In this document: positions 59,180 to 64,000 of the stretch, in pieces | How the letters are laid out: every line of letters starts with the position of its first letter | Numbering within the stretch: position 1 is the first letter of the stretch | Assembly (NCBI RefSeq): GCF_018977255.1 | Contig: NW_024704742.1 | Span: 136,898,001 to 136,962,000 of the forward strand | DNA: 64,000 bases | Direction of reading: 5' to 3' | DNA from: Callorhinchus milii | Taxonomy: Eukaryota | Position numbers and translations under genes: made by a program | Notes under the pieces: model-generated | Told to the model about the DNA's origin: nothing | Databases searched by the model: none | What the model saw: only the letters and a program-made list of their open reading frames with translations

Positions 59180-62040
59180 AGGAACCCTCCTGGAGGAAGG
59201 AAGCAGTGCTGAATCTACTTCTGGGAAATGAAGTGGGGCAAGTGGAGCAGGTTTCAGTAGGGGAACATCTGGACAACAGTGATCACAACATCATTAGGTT
59301 TAGAGTACTTATGGAAAGGGACAAGGAACAATCAATGGTGAAGATACTCAACAGGAAGAGGGATAATTTCAGTGAGTTAAAAAGAGACCTGACCAAGGTG
59401 GAATGGAAAGATTAGCAGGTAAAACAGCTGACGAGCAATGGGAAGCCTTCAAGGAGGAGATAGTTCGGGGACAGAACAAATATATTCCCACAAAGGTAGG
59501 GAATAAAAGTAGGGCATCCAAACCTCCATCGATGAATAAGGAAATTAGGAATAAAATAAAACAGAAAAAGGAGGTTTATGATAAATGTCAGGTCCTAAAT
59601 ACAGAAGATAATTAAATAGAATATAAAAAGTACAGAGGAGAACTGAAAAAGGAAATAAGAGGGGCAAAGAGGTTGTATGAGAAAAAATTAACAGGTAAAA
59701 GGGAGCCCTAAAGTAATTTATAAGCATATAAAGAATAAAAGATTAGTCAAAGGCAGGGTGGGTCCAGTTAGAGTGTGGAGGCAGAGGGCATAGCTGACGT
59801 ACTGAATGAGTACTTTGCATCTGTCACAAAAGAAGAGGATGCAGCTAATAAAACAGTATTGGAGGAGAGGGTAGAGAAATTGGATAAGATAAGAATAAAC
59901 TGAGAGGGGGTACTAAAAAGGTTGTTGGTGCTCAAGGTAGATAAGTCACCCAGTACGGACGAGATGCATCCTAGGTTACTGAGGGAAGTAAGGGTGGAAA
60001 TAATGAAGGCTCTGGCCACAATCTTTCAATCCTCCTTGGACACTGGGTTGGTGCCAGAGGACTGGAGGATTGTAAATGTTACAGAAGGGTAAACTAGTCA
60101 GCCTAATGTCAGTAATGGGGAAACTTCTAGAGACTATAATTCAGAACAAAATAAATTTTCACTTAGAAAAATATGGGTTAGCCAACACGGATTTGTTAAA
60201 GGCAAACCGCCTTCCACCACCTCTGGAGCATCGCCAGCTTACGGCACTGCCTCACCCCTCACGCTGCTGAAACACTGGTCCACGCCTTTATCACCTCAAG
60301 GCTGGACTACGGGAACTCTCCTTGTCGGCCTTCCCGGCCCTCCCTCCACAAGCTGCAGGTCATTCAGAACTCTGCAGCTCGTGTACTGTCCTGCACCCAC
60401 ATCACTCCCACCCTCGCTCGCCTCCACTGGCTTCCAATCCCCCAGAGGATCGAATTCAAGATCCTCATCCTCACCTACAGGTCCATTCACGGCCTCGCTC
60501 CCTCCTACCTCTCCGACCTACTATTCCCCTACTTACCTGCCCGTACCCTCCGTTCCTCTGGCTCTGGTCTGCTCCACATCCCCCGCCCCAACCGCTCTAC
60601 CATCGGTGGCCGGGCTTTCAGCCTCTCAGCCCCAAGGCTCTGGAACTCCATCCCTCAGTGCCTTCGCCGCCTCCTCCCTTTCCTCATTCAAGACCTTTCT
60701 CTTCAACCGTGCCTTCAGCTCCTCTCTCGACTCTCTACCGCCTCCTCGCTCCCTCCCTTCCCTCCCTTCACCCTGACCAGTTCCCCCCTGCTCGGGTCCT
60801 GACCGAACTGTCCAGCGCCTTGGGACGTCCTCCTGATGTGAAAGGCGCTCTATAAATGCAAATCTTGTTGTTGTTGATAGAGTTTTTTGATGAAGTAACG
60901 GAGAGGGTGGATAAAGGTGTGTATTATATGGATTTTCAAAAGGCGTTTGATAAAGTTCCGCATTAGACACCTATAAGCAAAATAAAAACCCATGGTATTA
61001 AAGAGACAGTGGCAGCATGAATACAGAGGGCAGAGAGTGGTTGTTTTTCTGACTGGAATGAAGTGTGCAGTGGGTCGGTATTGGGACCACTGCTGTTTTT
61101 GATCTATATTATGTACCTGGACTTGGGTACAGGGAGGACAATTTCCAAGTTTGCAGATGATACTAACCTTGGAAAAGTAGTGAATAGTGAGGAGGATAGT
61201 AGCAGAATGCAAGAGGATATAGACAGACTGGTAAAATGGGCAGATACATGACAGACAAAGTTTAATGTGGATAAATGAGAAGGGATGCATTTTGGGAGGA
61301 GGAGTGAGGAGAGGCAACATAAGCTGATGGTAGAATCTTAAAGGGGGTGAAGGAACAGAGAGACCTGGAGGTTTATATAAGTAATTCTTTGAAGGTGGTA
61401 GAACAGGTAGATAAAGCTGTTAAAAAAGCACAATGGGAAACTAGGCTTTATAAATAGGGTCACAGAATACAAAAGTCGGGAAGTTATGATGAACCTTTAT
61501 AAAACACTGGTTAGGCCTCAGCAAGAGACTGTGTTCAGTTCTGGGCCCCGCACTTTAGGAAGGATGTCAAGTCTTTGGAGAGGGTGCAAAGGAGATTGAC
61601 TTGGATGGTACCAGGAATGAGGGACTTCAGTATCAGGAGAGGCGAGAGACACTAGGATTATTCTCTTTGGAGCAGAGAAGATTAAGAGGAGACTTAATAG
61701 AAGTTTTCAAAATTATGAGGGGATTCGATCGGGTGAACAAGGAGAAACTATTCCCGCTGGCGGGTGGGTCGGTAACCCGAAGACACCGATTTAAAATAGA
61801 TATTAAAAGAAACAGAGGTGAGGTGAGGAGAAATTTTTTCACATAGCAAGTTGTTGGAATCTGGAATGCATTGCCTGAAAGGGTGGGGGAAGCCGATTCG
61901 ATTACAACTTTTAAGAGAGAAGCAGATAATTACTTGGGAAGGACAAGTTTTCAGGGGCTATGGAAAGAGACCGGGCACAGACACAATGGGCCGAATGACC
62001 TCCTGTACTGAATAATTCTATGATTCTAGGATTTCTATGA
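59180..62040 (+). mobile_element. CR1 LINE (end of APE, tether, RT, tail), degenerate, interrupted by an L2
   Basis: [82 protein letters not shown]-type tail at 62014-62040. Confidence 0.95.
60208..60876 (+). mobile_element. Young-family L2 3' fragment inserted in CR1
   Basis: Highly similar to 22754-23550 in reverse; ends AATCTTGTTGTTGTTG. Confidence 0.93.
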
Positions 62041-62295
62041 GCTGCAAAAGTGCTGCCGCCAAATATTATTGAAAACACAGAGTCATCAATTCTAATGACC
62101 CTTTTAACATTTTTCATTATTTGATAAAAATAAAATGCCTATTAACTTCACTGTTTTTTTTATGGCCAGTTAGAAATTAAAAACCTCTTTTTGGTGGGGA
62201 TTATTGTAGGTCGTGGGTTTGAGCCCTACATCACAATATGAGCTCACAGTCTAGGCTGCCTCATTATGGGTCCATAAGTCTGAATGTTCAGCACC

Positions 62296-63716
62296 TTGGG
62301 ATGTCCTACCTCACAAACCACCAGCAGTATATCTGCACAAACGGCTTCTCCTCCCGCTCTCACCCGCGGGGTACCCCAAGGATCCATCCTTGGCCCCCTC
62401 CTCTTCCTGATCTACATGCTCCCTCTTGGGGATGTCATCCGCAGACATGGCGTACATTTCTACATGAATGCAGATGACACCCACCTCTCTTTGTGACCCC
62501 CAGTCCCATGATGTTCTGTCAGCCTGCCTGTCAGATCTCAGGGGCTGGATGAGCAGAAACTTCCTTCAGCTGAACGTTGACAAGACGGAAGCCATACTCT
62601 TTGTCTCTCGTCAACGTCTAAAATCCCACGGCTCTCACTACCTCCACCTACCCGACCTCCCCCTAGAACTCTCAGAACCCGTACGCAACCTAGCGTCAGG
62701 TTCGACGCCCAATTTGTGGAGTCCTGTAGCTCAGTGGTTAGAGCACTCGCTTTGCAAGCGAGAGACCTGAGTTCAATTCCAGGCAGAGGGCGAAACCTTG
62801 GGCAAGTTTCCTTACTCCACACAGAGCCTAATAATAATCCCTCCAAAACNAAAAACAATAATAAATTGGTCATTTTCAATCTACGACTGTTTGTGGGACA
62901 TTGCTGTGCGCAATTGGCTGCCGCATTCGCCCTCAAATATACAGTCAATTCACTTTACAGTATATTCTGTGAAGCGCTTTGGGACGTCCTCCCGACGTGA
63001 AAAGCGCTATATCAAATGCAAGGATTATTATTATTATTATAATTATCCTTCCTCCCCCCACATCCGGTCCCTCACCAGAACCGCTTTCCTCCAACTCCGA
63101 CGCATCGCCCGTCTCCACCAATATCTCTCCCCAAAAGCCGTTGAAACCCTGGTCCATGCCTTTGTCACTTCTCGGCTGGACTACTCTAATACCCTCCTCA
63201 CCGGTCTCCCATCCATTACCATCCATAAAATGCAAATCATTCAAAATTCTGCCGCCTGCATTCTCACCCGCACGAAACTCCGCTCCCCGATCACCCCAAT
63301 CCTTGCCAGACTGCACTGGCTGCCTATCCCAGAGAGGATCGATTTCAAGATCCTCACCCTTGTATTCAAGTCCCTGTACTCCTCTGCACCCCCCTGCCTC
63401 TCTGACCTCCTCTCTCCTCAAAACAGTACCCGTTGCCTTTCTTCATCCTCGTCCCCCTCCTCTGTTCCACCCTCGGCGGCCGTGCCTTCAGCCACTATGC
63501 CCCGAGGCTCTGGAACTGCCTTCCTCACTTCCTTCGTCTCGCTCCCTGCCTTCCCATTTTCAGGTCTCTGCTAAAGACCTTTCTTTTCGACTGAGCCTTC
63601 GGTCACCTTCCTTCCCCTCCCCCTGGTTCGGTCCCGGGATCCATTACTGTAAAGCGCTCTGAGACGCTGTCTGCCGTGGAGGGCGCTAGATAAATCCAAG
63701 TTGTTGTTGTTGTTGT
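62296..63716 (+). mobile_element. L2 RT/C-terminal fragment interrupted by a SINE
   Basis: [51 protein letters not shown]; same family as 27270-30190. Confidence 0.92.
62715..63040 (+). mobile_element. tRNA-Ala-derived SINE, young short form
   Basis: Full length; anticodon arm CTCGC-TTTGCAA-GCGAG; AATT duplicated at 62711-62714 and 63041-63044. Confidence 0.96.
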
Positions 63717-64000
63717 CCTCCCGACGTGAAAGGCGCTATACAAATATAATTTTGTTGTCGTTCTTGTTGCCATCACCATCAGCAATCAGACCTTCAGCCT
63801 CTCTGCTCCCACCCTTTGGAACTCCAGCCTAACAGTCCCTTCGCCTTTCTCCTGCCATTGCCTCCTTCAAGGCATGGGTCAAGACCCTCCTTTGACCGAG
63901 CCTTTGGTCATCTTCCTACCCTGGTTGCCCTGCAACCCTCCTGAATCCAACCCCTTCTATGTCAAAATCCCTGACTGTCCAGTGCTTTGAGACATCCTCC

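Noticed and set aside
62798..63574. 258-aa ORF and many ...CKDYYYY ORFs
   Set aside because: Read-through of SINE into L2 ORF2; transposon-derived

Overview
This is eukaryotic, vertebrate genomic DNA. The repeat families point to a cartilaginous fish, probably an elephant-shark/chimaera-type holocephalan; that is inferred from recalled SINE families, not from a search. No recognisable host protein-coding gene, RNA gene, operon or CRISPR array is present. Much of the window is retrotransposon sequence: a tRNA-Ala(TGC)-headed SINE with Deu-like body and L2-type tail (over 20 full or partial copies), older SacSINE1-like DeuSINE relics, L2 LINE fragments (one young 1.6 kb RT piece, one ~2.9 kb APE+RT copy) and CR1 fragments, often nested. 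There are two CpG-rich promoter domains. The first (~7.0-12.1 kb) probably drives a minus-strand gene and is packed with GC-skewed tandem repeats, including a 15-bp minisatellite and a 2.2 kb GAGCT/GGGCT pentamer array resembling an immunoglobulin switch region. The second (~31.3-33.5 kb) probably drives a plus-strand gene with a long first intron and perhaps a small divergent 3-exon minus-strand gene. Long ORFs in the track are repeat or LINE artefacts. Best leads: the switch-like array after a first-exon donor, the candidate 119-aa spliced gene, and the mosaic SINE whose covarying 3' hairpin matches its L2 partner. None is established as a new system. Boundaries of decayed repeats are approximate.
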